A DNA stretch of 62,092 nt, filler included, from Porpidia crustulata (Eukaryota), in NCBI GenBank assembly GCA_964255105.1. It is 6 parts of 6 records of this genome, joined end to end, with 100 filler letters (N's around TTAATTAATTAA, not from the genome) between each part and the next. Parts side by side here need not be neighbours in the genome. Positions count along the whole stretch, not along the records: positions 1 to 10,270 come from CAXUWE010000799.1; positions 10,371 to 20,639 come from CAXUWE010000800.1; 4 more parts are not named here. One strand, written 5' to 3'. The notes beneath the pieces are model-generated. The model had not been told where the DNA came from and did not search any database. It saw nothing but the letters and a program-made list of their open reading frames with translations. The position numbers were made by a program, and so were the translations under genes. Positions 1 to 13,241 of the stretch are shown piece after piece. The number at the start of each line of letters is the position of its first letter. Positions within the stretch are counted from its first letter, which is position 1.

Positions 1-1190
1 GGGTTGTGGTTTCGGTTTTGGAGGAGTTGGTGGGAATTGGGGGAAGGTTTTGGTTTGATTGAGGATGACGGTGGTTTCCCACATATCTCACCCCATAACG
101 CGCTTATATCATAATTAACGCCACCACAATCCGTAGGACCGCGCCATATTGGATATATTCCCTTTTCGGGTACCATGTAGTAAGTAGCCTACAAGACCTG
201 AACTTCTTACACAATCATATACTCTTTCCTCCAATTATATACATGTCTCATCCCTCGACCTTACCCCAACGTGACCAGATACATACATTCCTGCGTAGCG
301 TAGTCCACCCTCGAACCCTTATATCCTCACCCTCAATTAGGATATTTTTATCTAAGCGGTCGTTAACAGTCTAGATTTCGAGTCCCTTTCTACATTCTTC
401 TCGAGAATCATCGTCCCTGCCCATAACAAGCCGTAACAGGCCCGACGTCTTCCCCACACGGCGTCAGACCGGATGCTATTTATCTAATCTTATCTGATCA
501 CAACGATGAAGCTCTGGATCTGGATCTTGAACCCCCCACGCGGTTCGGAAGCTCTCTCCCGCTTATTCTTTCCCAGATGCGGTAATATGCACGCGGAAAA
601 GGGGGAAAGGATGTGAAGGAGAGCGGCTTGTAGGTAGTTATTCAGACGGATGGAGTTTACGAGGGGAGGGATCACGTACCAGGATCCAACTACACAGAGT
701 GGAATGTTGATTAAGATGTATTGGAAAAAGCACAAGCGCGACAGCTAGATTACGTATACTCCCACAGAAGCCACGAAGCTAGATAAAGTGCACGGCTGCT
801 CGGCTTGGAGTATCGAGCGCGCGAGGGACATATAGGAAGCAGAAAGCAAAAAAGCCCAGATTCCAGCAACGCCCGACCCACTTCTGAATGAACTCCTCTC
901 CTCAAATTGGTATATGCCATCGAACCATACTCGCGAGAAGATATGCGGCAACGTAGAAGGAAAACCGAAAGGCGGAGGTGGTATAGTAAAACAATCCAAC
1001 GTATGATGCTCCCGAAACGCCTCCAGCTGCTTAGAGGTCGGCATATGCAAATGAAAATTGGTGAAGTTGGTGGTGCTGTTTGTGTATGGGGGGCGAGGGT
1101 GTAAGGGTTAAGGAGAAGCTGCAATAAGGAAAACCCAACAAAGCACTGCCGTTCCACATTCACTCCTCATCAATCTCGTATCCATCCATC

Positions 1191-3140
1191 TTAATTCATG
1201 TCCATTCCGTACTCGTCTTCCTCCTTGAGACTGAAGCCATCGTGACCACCATGATTCCAGAAATGTAGGTGACCACTGCTAGTGCCGCTGCCGCCTGGTT
1301 GCACACCCGGGCTGAGACTTTGCGGGCTCAGTGCACCGTTCTGATTGACGTTCAGAGGCTCGCCCATAGCGTTGGTGTAATTAGGGACTCGGAGTCCGCT
1401 ACCAGGTCCACGTGTGTACTGAAATGAGCTTGGGTCGTTAGCCTCGAAAGCGTTGATCAGTTCATTCTTCATGCGCTTCTCTTCTTCAGTCTGCTCAAAC
1501 GGGAATTCCCCACCGAGTCTGGTGATAATCTCTGCAAGCTCGGTCTCTTGCTGCAACTTGATGTGAAGGGCCCACATCAGATCGCGTGTCCAGCTGACGG
1601 CACCGTTGAGAATGTCGCCCTTGTTTGGCCCTTTGTCTTTCTCCTCGACGGGAATGCCCATGCTTATGCTACCCGCTCCTGTGGCGCGACGACCACCTCC
1701 AGCGAGCAAAGATGTTGCTTGGGGTGGACTGCCATGGGTGGCAGCAAGGGTGGGCGAGAGCGGTGAGTTGTTGACAATGTGCTTGCGGACTTTTTCGTCT
1801 TCAAGACGGTGCATAGGTACAAGATGGGAAAGCTCTTGTATACGTTCATTGATGTTGTCACGACGACGCCTCTCGACCATGTTGTGAGACTCTCGACGTT
1901 TCCGACGCTTGGCCTCTTGTGTCTGATAGGCTGGGATTGGATGATGACCAGTATCAACCTTGGCGGGTAGAGAGGCGTGTTTGCCAGATTTGAGGATCTC
2001 TGAAATCTGGGCATGACTTGCTGGGTGTCCCGGTGATGAGATTGGCGACTCACCGAAGGAACGCACACTTCCTGGAGTACTATCCCATTGGTTAGAGAGA
2101 CTCTTCTGGTGTCGATGCTGGTTAAAGTTGGTATGGATGGGTTGAGACGGTAGACTGCCGGACTCCGGCGTGCCAAGATTCAGAGCACCTAATCCAGGTG
2201 TTTTTGGTGTCATCGGACTCCGGGAATCCGAGTTCTGTCGGTCCATTGCTTGAGGCATCTGAGGCCTTGAACGAGCGTTTATGTAGCCAGTCTCCATGCC
2301 GGCACCTTGTGTAGGGCGCACCTGGGGCGAAGCTTGAGGCAGATGCTGTTGCTGCAAGTTCCCAAATTGCGCATAGTTGAAATTGTTGTGTGCAAAAGGA
2401 CTCTGTATTGGTGCGCCGTCCGGTGTGTTCGAGTACAACTGATTCTGGTCGTTGATCATTGTCGAGCTGGGCTGACCTTGATCGGGGTAGAACGCATGCA
2501 TGGTACCATTCTCCATCCCGTGTTGATTTCGCTGCATTTGATTCTGATGTGCAGACGCATCGTTGAGATCCAGATCCAGGAGCTCATCATCACCGATCCC
2601 AGAATTTCCCAAGTTGAAGCTGGACGATAAGTTCTGCTGGCCCCCTAGATTGTACGGGTTGAAGTTGTTGGCTGGCATTATGAGCTCTGAAGGGTTAATA
2701 CTCCCCGCAGTACTCTGTCCAAACTGCTGACCGATATCCATGTATTCTTGTTGTCTTGGTGCGTAGGTATGAGCCGGGAAAGTGTAATCTTCTGGTTCGT
2801 CTTTGATAAACGGGCTTGAGTTTCCCGTGGCAGCCATTGCACCAGGATTGGTGAAAAAGTCTAACTCGTCGTCCAAATTTGCATCTGGATTATAGTCGTA
2901 AGTTGGTACAGGCTTGTCCTTACGGGTCATTGGTATGGAGTAATGGAGATCGAAGGGGTTTTCAGCTAGAAGGGAATACGTATGAGCAAATATGGCGATA
3001 GTCGTGACAGATACAAGGATTATGAGAATTGTGGGTACGTATGAAATGAAACAACACAAGAAGGTGGACTTGATAGAAATCCGAGAGGTGCCTAAAATGA
3101 TGTAGGAATATCAGCGGTAACACTTACAGGGTACTGGCAT
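1191..3140 (-). CDS. bHLH transcription factor (Rtg3/TFE3-like; GlcD-gamma-type in Aspergillus annotations)
   Basis: Basic region and helix 1 KRRKRRESHNMVERRRRDNINERIQELSHLVP, long loop insert, helix 2 PNKGDILNGAVSWTRDL. Start is either ATG 2930 or a 13-nt first exon 3140-3128 (MPVP) spliced GTAAGT...TAG (3127-2966) in frame. Confidence 0.85.
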
Positions 3141-5120
3141 GACAGTGCACTACCGCCTGTGCTGCGGATTTCGTTTCGAGAAGATGTACTGTAAGGCGAA
3201 CACCTCTTGGCGTATCGTCTGATAGCCGAAGTATTGTAATAATCGGTGATGAGTCACGGTGCGGAAAAGGCTCAGTTATCTCTTTCTCCGGAAGCGATGA
3301 TGTATGATCCCTGTGGTTGTACACATTAGTATAGATCTAGGAGCACCGGGAACCGACGACCCATAAGTCGAGGTTTATTGATGCAAGACTAACCAGTCTG
3401 ATAAGCTCAGGTGAGCTTTAATTCCGCAGTGATGTTTCTTTTATAACGGATAATGGAGCGTTTGCAATCCGCCTCGATAGAGCTCCTTCTTGCAGACGCA
3501 GTGACGATTCCAATGTCGTTCCGCTAGCCTTTGTTTGGCTGATGAGTGTACTGTGAGCCGTTTGGCTCAACGTGAACAATCCTAGAGTTATGGGAATTAC
3601 TGGATACTGCGTTAGTGGTACGTACGTTCTTGGCTTGAGAACCAAGCATCGCGAGAGGCTGTATGCAAGAAGGTAAAAATGCAGAAAGACTGGGTCAAAC
3701 CGAGCAGTATGTATAATAGGGAGGTAACTCCACAAAGACAATACTGGGAGAGACTGCAGGAAGCCTTCAATGCCTCGAATCAGAGGGGAGAAGGTACATT
3801 ACAATCATGTTTTGCCGACGCAATGGCTCCACAAACCGCTTTCAAAAGAACTGGGCATTTTAGGAGTAAACCAAAGATTGAAGACATCAACGGCGAAGCA
3901 ATCAAGGAGATCGGTAGAGCTGCTTACCAGGACGGCTACCTGCTGCGGACCCTAGCTGAACAAATCGGATTTTTCTACTGTCGGGGTTGGTGCTATTCTT
4001 CGGCGACGGAGTGACACCTTGGAGCTGTGTGGAGAGCAAACGCGGTGGTCGATGACGAGAGGTAGACTGGACCCGCCAGGTACCGAGTCGGTGTAAGCTT
4101 GGAGAGTGTCGCTGGGAGCGATCTTCGGCGGTGTACCGTCCAGAAAGCCAGAGGATAGACGAGGATAAGGGATGGACGAATTGGATCCGCTTCAATATGT
4201 GAAGTAGAAGGAGGAAGAGTTAATCGGATGACAGCGAGGGTCTCTGTGGGTTTAATAGGTTGAGTAGTCGTAGAGGGATGTCGGTGTATGCTAGCAGCTC
4301 GCTTCGTCGGATGGTTCCGAGCTAAGGTAATTTAAGGCGGGCGCAATACCTTCATGTACGATGACGCTCGTATTGGGTAACACTGGCTGTTCCGGGTATC
4401 AACAACCAAGACCGACAATAGCGCTCGGCGTCTGCAGGTTACACAAGGTGTTTGAAAATTAGATAAAATTCAAGATGGGAGATCGGTCGAGATGAGATGT
4501 ACAAGGTGATTTTGACAGCGGAGGAAGTGGAAAGAACGGAGTTGGATCCGAGTCGATCGACGAATGGGCGCGGTATTTCAAGGTATACGGGCTTGCTCTA
4601 GTGAGGCTATGGATTCGGTAGGTCTGGTAACACGACACGCGCGAGCTCAGGTCAGGACGACGAGATTGGGTGAGTAAGAGGTCTTGATGGTGGTTGTCGG
4701 TCCCAGAAGGGTGGGGGCTGACTTGGGCGGCTGACCAGATCTGGTCTGGTCAGGTATGTACGGCGCAAGGTAGATGAGGGAATCTCTCTTTCAAGTCGGC
4801 AGGTTGGCGTTTCGCTTCAGGCGGGAGGGAAGAAGATGCACAGTCAGGATGCGAGCTGGATGCAGCTACGACAGGCACTTTGCGTTGCAGCAGATCAAGA
4901 TGTTATCAACTGCCATTCACAGTTGACCACTGTTGCAGCGCTTGGTTGTTGTCGCATCACCAGCACGGTTTCACTTTCCAGAGGCTATGGAAGGAAGGGG
5001 GGGGGGGCAGATATTATACCAACCCACACCCCATACAACAATAAACAGCANNNNNNNNNNCTATACTGAGACCTCGATGGTCAATGTGACTCATCAATCC
5101 TACACATCCAGGCAGACGAG

Positions 5121-5223
5121 GAATGAATGAATGAATGATTTGAATCCCAGCGACGAAGGTGTGCGTAGTGTGTAGTTTGTAGGGTGTATGTGTGGGTGTG
5201 TGTGGGTGTGTGGGTGTGTGTGT
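5121..5223. repeat. (GAAT)n and GT-rich microsatellites next to a 10-N scaffold gap (5051-5060)
   Basis: gaatgaatgaatgaatga at 5121-5138; gggtgtgtgtgggtgtgtgggtgtgtgtgt within 5182-5223. Confidence 0.85.
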
Positions 5224-6474
5224 CGAAGGTGCTTGTATTCCAAGGCATATTTTGCTACCAATGCTACTTTGGTACCTACTTCAAGGCATAGTGTGGGGCT
5301 ATCGGGCTGTCAATGTTGCGGAATTGGTCACTGGTGGTTGAAGGCTTGAAGGGCACGAAGGGTAGTAGTCAAAGTAGTCGGATGCCTCCTCGCTTTGTGT
5401 GCGGCAACCTGCCTATCAGAGAGGTCAGCGACTTGTGGCGGTGATCAAGGCTTATGCGGCCCTCTAGGCTGCAATGAGTTAGTGGAGTATTCGGGCGCTA
5501 GCTGTCCTCTAACGACCCTTCTAGCCTTCTACTTTCGTATGTTCCAAATTCCAAGTTACTTTACTCGTACGGAATACATCGTTACCTATCGCGCCTCCTC
5601 AAGGCGTCAGTCTATTACTTAGAACGGGCACACCTGGCCGTATAATCCGAACTATTCTGTCTTTGCGTGCAAGTATCCTACAGCACTTGTTCCTTGGCTT
5701 TTCAGAAGAAGAGGGTGTGCTGCAACAGACAGTCTCGATAGAGTTGCTATCCTTTCTGCTCATCAACTCTAGTGACTCCTGTCCTCCAATCAATTTCTTT
5801 GGAGTTGTCACACACCCCTTCATCCTTAGGCCACCCCCCACCTTAGCACACCATTTTATATACATTATCTATCTGCCTATTGCACGGTGTCTTTAGCTTG
5901 CGCAGCTTTCCCCATCTAAACAGCACAGGACCCCTCTTTTCTTGATTCCTGGTACCGGCCATCAGTCAACACGAGTTGCACCAACACCGAGACCCAAGAT
6001 CAGGTTCTCTTTGTCACAAGCCTGCATATCGCGCACCTGCGCTGCCCAGAGAGCTTTGCCCTTGGCCGCGTCGGACAAAGCCCGCCATTCGCCCCAACCG
6101 GACCCTCATTGGCAACTATATTTCGCCCTAATCGACTCTAATCCGCCTTACCCTCTCCCTCTGCTGATAGTCTTTCAAGCTGCTGCAAAACGATTTGTCT
6201 TACCCCACAAACGATCATCTGCACGAAATTATCCGTCTCCCGCCGCGCATTACCTCTGCATATTGCAGCTCGCAAGTCCGGCCTATCATCCATGCTTTGG
6301 TCTATCTCGCCAGCCTAATCCGGAGAAAGTGTGGAAAATCCCCCAGAATCATCGACAGTGATACTGCCTGAAACGAAGTCCTCTACGGTCGCTTGGTGCA
6401 TTAGTTAGTGCAAACGTACGACGGGACGTGCGGCGACCGGACCTTGAATCAAGCGCTTTGTGCTGTGGCAGATC

Positions 6475-7715
6475 ATGGCTTCTGCCTCGTTCCGAGACTC
6501 GATGAACTCCATGGGCTGGTCTCGACGGGATCCAGATATCCCCATCAGCACCAACTCATCGACGCCCATCCTATCTAGGCTGCAAAGGCTGAACCCTTTT
6601 GGCGATTCGGGCTATGTTAGGCTTCCGACACAAGAGGGCCCACCGGGTGCTCCTCTGCCCGCTCCAACGCGAAGGGAGGAGGAAGAAGGGTTCTTTGCAC
6701 GTGAGTATCAGTCATTGTGTCTTCATATACTCGATACTGGGATTTGCGATAAGCGCTATCGATAGGCTAGTAGCTCCTGCGTAGCCGTTATCGTCACACG
6801 CATAGCTTCATGCAACCATCCGTTCGCGTTGGGTCCCAGCCTGCTATGCCCGTTGTGTCAAGATCTGTACTGACAAATTCTCGCATCGACAGTGAGCCGA
6901 TGGGATCGACTACTCATCTTTGGAGGGTGCAATCTGGCAGCCCTGGTCTGCTTCGTGATCGGCTTTGCCATCTTCCCGGTTTCTATGACCACACTGAGGC
7001 CTCGAAAGTTTGTTATTCTGTAAGTGGCCCTGCTTCGCGTCGTCAAGCCCTCCCCCCAAAGCCTGCCTGGCCGGAGCAACGCGTCTCCACGCCACACACT
7101 CTCTCATACTATCGTACACAACCCTCGGGAAGGGCGCATGATATGCCTCGACTGCGCGAAGGTGCAGTCGATCGAGCATGTGTTTCGACTGCCTAAAACA
7201 GTATTGTTTCACTTCCCACCCCGATGATTTTTGCATTTGGATACGAAGGCTTTGACGCTGATATTATCATATATGATCAAGATGGACTATGGGCTCGGTA
7301 CTATTCTTGGCATCATGGGCGGTTTTGATGGGCCCAGTCACGTATGCCCAGCATCTTCTTTCAACGCCGCGACTTCCGTTCACTGCAGCATACTTCGGTT
7401 CGATCGGATTGACGTTATTCTCTGCTCTCAGTGTAAGTCGTATTTTGTTGTTTCCTAAACTCCATGGATTCCAAATTCTGATTACATTTGCGACTGCACA
7501 CCCTCTAATCCAGTCCTTCGGGTTCGATCAATGATCTGCTGACCAGTCGGCTCACATGACAGCTGCACAATACTATTTTGACACTGGTGTCTGCCATCTT
7601 CCAATTAGCGTCGCTTGTTTGGTATCTTGTCAGTTATTTTCCCATGGGAAGCACCGGTTTGAGATTTGCCGCACGCTTTGGAACCAACAGGCTCTCGGCC
7701 TGGATGTCAGATTGA
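6475..7715 (+). CDS. SFT2: Got1/Sft2-family Golgi membrane transport protein
   Basis: Exons 6475-6700, 6893-7019, 7282-7432, 7563-7715 with GT-AG introns give ...EEEEGFFALSRWDRLLIFGGC...RPRKFVILWTMGSVLFLASWAVLMGP...TPRLPFTAAYFGSI...LVWYLVSYFPMGSTGL. Confidence 0.93.
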
Positions 7716-10270
7716 TCTACTCGATGATCCTTTCGAAAGGCATGTTAATGCCATCAAGTGCATTGTAAGGACGTTCATCGAAGATGAAATGTAGCAATTA
7801 ATTTATTGCAATTACCGAAGTTTGCGGGTTTGCAGTGATATCCCATCGAAAGCTCCATACCGATCATGCTGCCTTGGCCAACCTCGCCACCAGGCATCTG
7901 CCTAGGACATTTACGTACTCAACCTGCGTTGCCGTTGGAACTACTATGGCGAAAGCAGATCAACGTGCAATGAAGACCTTGTGCCGGCAGTTCCCAATCA
8001 TTGGCCTATGATTGTGCGCATTATGAGTATGCAGCGTCTGGCTCCGGGTCTCAACGGTATTTCTGCAGCCCAATGAGAAGTACCGATAGTACTTTACATG
8101 TGCGCAACACTATCTTGAGCTCTCTATCTTGTCGCACCTTTTCCAGTCAGGGAAGCAAAATAACCTCCACCGCCACCATCGCGGTGTCGATCTCGGTCGG
8201 CTTTTGAACAATCGACTTGACTACCATCTCTGATTGTTCTCATCGTTCGTGCTGCCGATCAAGTTCAAGTCGTGCTACGGTAGCACTACCTCCCATCTGA
8301 TGGCGGACCGAAACCGCCCAGGCCCACTGTCCTTGTCCACATCCATTCGGCAGCAAGATCTATTCTGGGTATTTCTTTCGATTGGCTTCAGCGTAGTCTT
8401 TCTTTATCATCCTTAAGCAATGCTTTGGCATTGCCAACCTCGAGAAATCCGAGCCGAACCTTTTTACCCCGTTGCCAGTGTAACACACCAAGATGGCTTT
8501 TCCTTCCACCCCCACGCATTCCTGTACCCCGCCCTCTTCAAGAAAGACACTTTGAAACGCTGGACTGGATATCCCACTCACGTCATGACATTCCAAGAAT
8601 AAAGAGAGTTAGAAGTGTATCTCCAGTGCATTCATGGCGTCGCCGAAACACGATGGCTGCCGGTGCTTGGATCAACGTCCACTGATCTTAGATACGAGGC
8701 AGTCTCGCTAACGGCATCATGCAACCGTTATCAACAGTGCATTCTGTCCAGTCTGCCGTTGACGCTCGGTCCTATAGTCGATACTGATCATCCCAGAATC
8801 CTCTCGTTAAGCCATCATGCCGGCTCCATCTTCACCCCAACCTCAACACCGACTTTTCTTCGGTGATTTTGTCATACCATCATGTTTTGATGCCGGCCCG
8901 CCCTATCATCCCACATTCATGTCCTAGCGAAAATTGACATTCTACTCTATTGTGTGTCATACCATCGTGCCGTGATGAGCGTTCCTATGGTCATCCTGAA
9001 GCTTTGGCGTGTGAGATGTACGAGCATCATATCGGCTGACAGATTATCTATCAAATTGTGGCGATACTCAAGCATTGTTCGACACGCTGCAGCCGTCTAA
9101 CCTCGAATCCCCCAGATCGCTGCTGTCTATCTTTGTCATATGGCCAGGGTGTCTCAAAAACTTCCTTGGGCCGGTTATACCATCAAACAGACTGATATCC
9201 ATTACCTTTTCCACTGCAACGACCGAGCGTCTAGTTTTGCCGCCTCCAGTGCTATCCACTAAATTCAGGCCTGGCCATCTGCCCACAAGACCGTCCGGAT
9301 GATGGGTCATGGGACGTTGGAGAAACTCACAGTCGACGTACGCCTGCCACTTCACCGATTTTCCACATCTGCATTTCAGTGTCCTTCTGAGAATCCTCTA
9401 CCATCACGTTGAAGGATCCCCCCACAGTCCAACCATCTGACAACCTGAACGTACGACCTTGCAAGTACCGACGCTTTTGCCAAACTTAAGCAGTACCTCA
9501 CTTCCCAGCGTCGTCGTTTCGCACTGGCCAATCGTCAGCGATCCAAATCTTCCAAGACATCTCAAGCCATCCCAAGTCCTGAGCTTTCTCCCAGCTTCCA
9601 GCTACATCACTTCCGCCTTCGTACAATCAATACCGGCTCCTCCGAACGTTCTTTTACCGCCTTCGAATGATGTTTCACCTAGGCCTGGGCGATCAATCAT
9701 ACACCTGTCGTCCGTGGGCGCCAGGAGCTATCGAACCGATCCACGGACAAAAATTTTGCACCGGACAGATTGAAGAGTCGGCCAGTCCTTGCGAATTGGG
9801 TGAGTTTTATCTGCCCTCGACTGTCTACTCCCTTCTCGATATCTCTCATTCAAGGCATTTGGTTCCTCGATGAGTTTCAATCATGGCTGTTTGATGCGAG
9901 GATTCTCGAAAGGGGTACACATAACATCGTGATTGAGCGGTAGATAATCCAAGTTGCACGCTTTACCCACCACCACTACGTTTCTCCGTATTGATTGAAA
10001 CCCGCGGATGCATAAAGCGAAAACCACAGGTCCCGAGAAGCCCATATCGATCATCAGCACCACCTTTCCTTTCTCCCAAATTCACGCATCCGTCTCAGAT
10101 ACCAATACCTCACACAGTCTCGTATCTTCTGAATAATCGACCCCCTCCACCAACATCCCGCACGAACTCACAAGACCTTTTTGATCTCTCGTAAAGAAGC
10201 TATAACGTATCTTGATTTTTTCCATTCCCATGGCCATCCTCATTCCCATCCCCGTCCCCCCATACTTTCA

Positions 10271-10370
10271 NNNNNNNNNNNNNNNNNNNNNNNNNNNNNN
10301 NNNNNNNNNNNNNNTTAATTAATTAANNNNNNNNNNNNNNNNNNNNNNNNNNNNNNNNNNNNNNNNNNNN
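10271..10370. other. Artificial contig spacer
   Basis: N44-TTAATTAATTAA-N44, which gives stops in all six frames. Confidence 0.99.
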
Positions 10371-10886
10371 GGATTTGGGGGAGGACGAGGAGGAGAAGTT
10401 TCCGTTTTGAAGGGATTGGTTCAGCTCGAGGAGGGCGTGGGTGTTTGATGTTGTTCGTTGTCATTCGTGTACATCCTGGGATAGATTCCTTGTAATCAAG
10501 CCGGACTTCTTGCAATTCAATCGAGATGGCTGTGCGGTCATTAAAGGATTCCAGCTTCTCGGAGTTCGATGCACTTCGCAGCCAGGACGTCGGTCTCCCT
10601 ACCCAATGCCTAGTGGCCGCTCCAACAATTAAAGGTCTAACATAGGCTAAATCGATTCTGTAGCCAATGGGCCAGTCCCTTTTGCCAGATTCAAACCCAT
10701 TCACCACCATATGTGACCTATCAGCGAGTCGATCCAGTCAAGCCGACAGCCCAATAATGATTCGATCCCGATTGTTGTCCAAAACGCCGTCCGGCTACCA
10801 CTTTGTATCAGCGTTGGAGACGTCTCGAGGTAGTCATCTTCTAGAGACGCTGTTGCTGCCGTTGGAGAAATAAAGCCCTTGAAATC

Positions 10887-12262
10887 TTAAGCGCCACCTT
10901 TCAGAAAGGGATGTTCCAAAGCCTAAGCCAGTATCAGCAGGGTCCAAGCATACCACCAACAACCGGCTGTTTTAGTATAAAGCTCACCTTAGAAGCTTTC
11001 GATCTCTCCGAACTTTGATACTTTACAAGCTTGCGAACAAAATCACTCGCTACCCCATCAGCACCAGGTAAGATTTCCTCCCACGTCTTAGGCGGGAACT
11101 CCACGAATTGCATCTTCCCCCAATCCGGAAAACCTTTCGCTTCTGGCCATATATTGTCATTAGGCGTCCCCAGCGTTTGGAATATACTTTGGATCAGAGC
11201 TAATTCACTACCCAATGCCCCGGCATCAAATAACGTCTTCGATGTTAAGCATTCAGCAACCATGCACCCCGCAGCCCATAAATCGAGGGAGCAGCCATAA
11301 GCAGTGTGCCCGAATAGCAATTCAGGAGGGCGATAGCAAGTCGTGCCTACATCTGTGATTTTCTTGTCTGCAGGTTCTGAGGCAGCATCACCGGGCATCC
11401 AAGCGATGCCGAAGTCGGCAAGGTAGGCCGGGCCGGAAGGAGAGGCAAGGAGAATGTTGGAGGGTTTTATGTCGCGGTGAATGATGCCTAAAGAGTGGAG
11501 GTGTGTTAGGGCGGAGAATGTGTCATGTAGATGGGTGCGAATTTTGGGGGGACCACCGGCAGGCTGGTGATGGGATTGAAGTAGGGTTTGAAGGTCGAAG
11601 GGGAGAAAGGGAAAGACAAGTATGAAGTGGCCGCCGGGAGCGTAGCTGGTTGAAAGAAGTGGAACGATGCTAGAACAGATGGCGGCTTTCAGGATACGAG
11701 CTTCTCGAAGGGAATCGTGAGGAGCTTGGATTTGGGAAGGAGTGGTTTGCTTCAGGGCGATCAGCTGATTGGTCGAAGGATCACGGGCTTTATAGACCGT
11801 AGAGAAGATACCAGATTGATGGTATGTCGCATTTGGATAGGGTCCGATCTGCTTGGCCGATTGGGAATTTTCATCGGGCTCTGGAGGTTGGCTGGCTCCA
11901 GTGGAGGCCTTGTTGTTTGTGATGAAATCTAAGTCCTTTACTGCTTCGTTGCATTTCCGGTCATAGTCTTCCTTTACAAGTAATTGACCACTGTTATCTT
12001 ACTAATTTGTGTAGGGGTACTGAGTGGGCATACCTCTGAAAGGGCATGCTTGAAGAGATCAGCCTCTAATCGCCTTACAGCCTCTTGGATCTGTAGAGGT
12101 CCCAAGTGTGGATTGGCAATTTTATAGTAGGTCATCCTAAAAGACTTTAGAGATGACATTCAAGAGAAGTAGACAGGCCACTTACATTTGCATGCTAACT
12201 TTAAGGCGATCAGAGAAATTCACCTCGGATCGCCAAGGACTGGCGACTTTTGCAGAATCCAT
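10887..12262 (-). CDS. CDK-related Ser/Thr kinase (Csk1/CAK-like) with N-terminal KIX-like helical domain
   Basis: Spliced product has GIFSTVYKA, IALK, PHDSLREARIL, IIHRDIKPSNILL, LADFGIAW, DVGTTCYRPPELLFG, DLWAAGC and ends ALEHPFLKGGA*. Introns at about 12185-12137, 12033-11972 and 10987-10923. Confidence 0.85.
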
Positions 12263-13241
12263 AATAAGAGAGAATACTCTTCAAACAATGAGTAATGCCA
12301 GGCCAAGCTTAAATCACTTTCAGGCTTTCTTTGCTCGTCTACGAGGGAGATTCATCCAGAGGCCATAAGAAAAAAACACGATACAGCAACACTACATCTC
12401 AATGCTGGAAGTGTATGATTCCCTAAAACATCATCAACGATGCACGCTGAAGTAACTATTCACTCAACCGAGTAACAGCTTCCCACTTCACTCAATAAGG
12501 TAAATTTCCAATGTAATGAGATGGGGTGCCGGCCCAGGACACCAGTACAGAAGTCCAACTACGAAAATAGTCTTTCAAGGTGGATCAGCGGCGAGCTGTC
12601 TTTGGATAGGGCACACGAGACAATTTCTTGCTTCTGTACGGTAAGACTCGGGGTTCTTTTTGAATTGCGTTGGGATGGGTTGATTGATGATATACTGTAT
12701 GCTGAGACGGAATAAGACTCCACGAGGCGCAACTGGAATGCTGGCGTATTTTCGAGAGTCTGACTTCAGCTTGACTGCCTCAAGCATGCAATCCCATCCA
12801 CAAGTGTTACTTTGCGTAATAGGGCAGCCAGGAACCTTCTAGAATCCTCCAAAGAGAAGAGTCAGGGCACACTGAAGCCGGTAGAAGTGGAAGACGACGA
12901 TGTGGTCCATTAGCGCAAGCGTGTGTGGTGTTTTGTAGCGTAGATATTGAGATTGTGGAAGGTCCTGTTAGAATGCCTATCATTAGACCAAGGAAGGTGC
13001 TCGAGGTAGGGTACTCCTACCTATTGTGCTGATGTTGTCCGTTGGATTTCGAACATGGGCGTGAAATCGCGCTAAAAGCGGCTTAGATGGTTGCTTACAG
13101 CCATGGCACGCAGGGACGTACAGGGCAAGGGCGGGCCCGGAAGTCGGCTTGCGCGGCGGCATCGTCAAGGAGTATCTTTGCGGCTGTGAGTGACGTGGTT
13201 CAGTTTCTCGTTTTCTGTTGCTCAGGCAGTAAGTGACCAGC

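Noticed and set aside
4731..4753. Palindrome ctgaccagatctggtctggtcag
   Set aside because: Short and isolated; may be a factor-binding site but nothing supports it.
8000..10270. Many 60-100 aa ORFs in a C/T-rich region
   Set aside because: No coding signal; more likely promoter or 5' leader of a gene cut off by the contig end.
10371..10710. Minus-strand ORF running into the contig end (MTTNNIKHPRPP... from 10464)
   Set aside because: May be the start of a truncated gene but has no recognisable motif.
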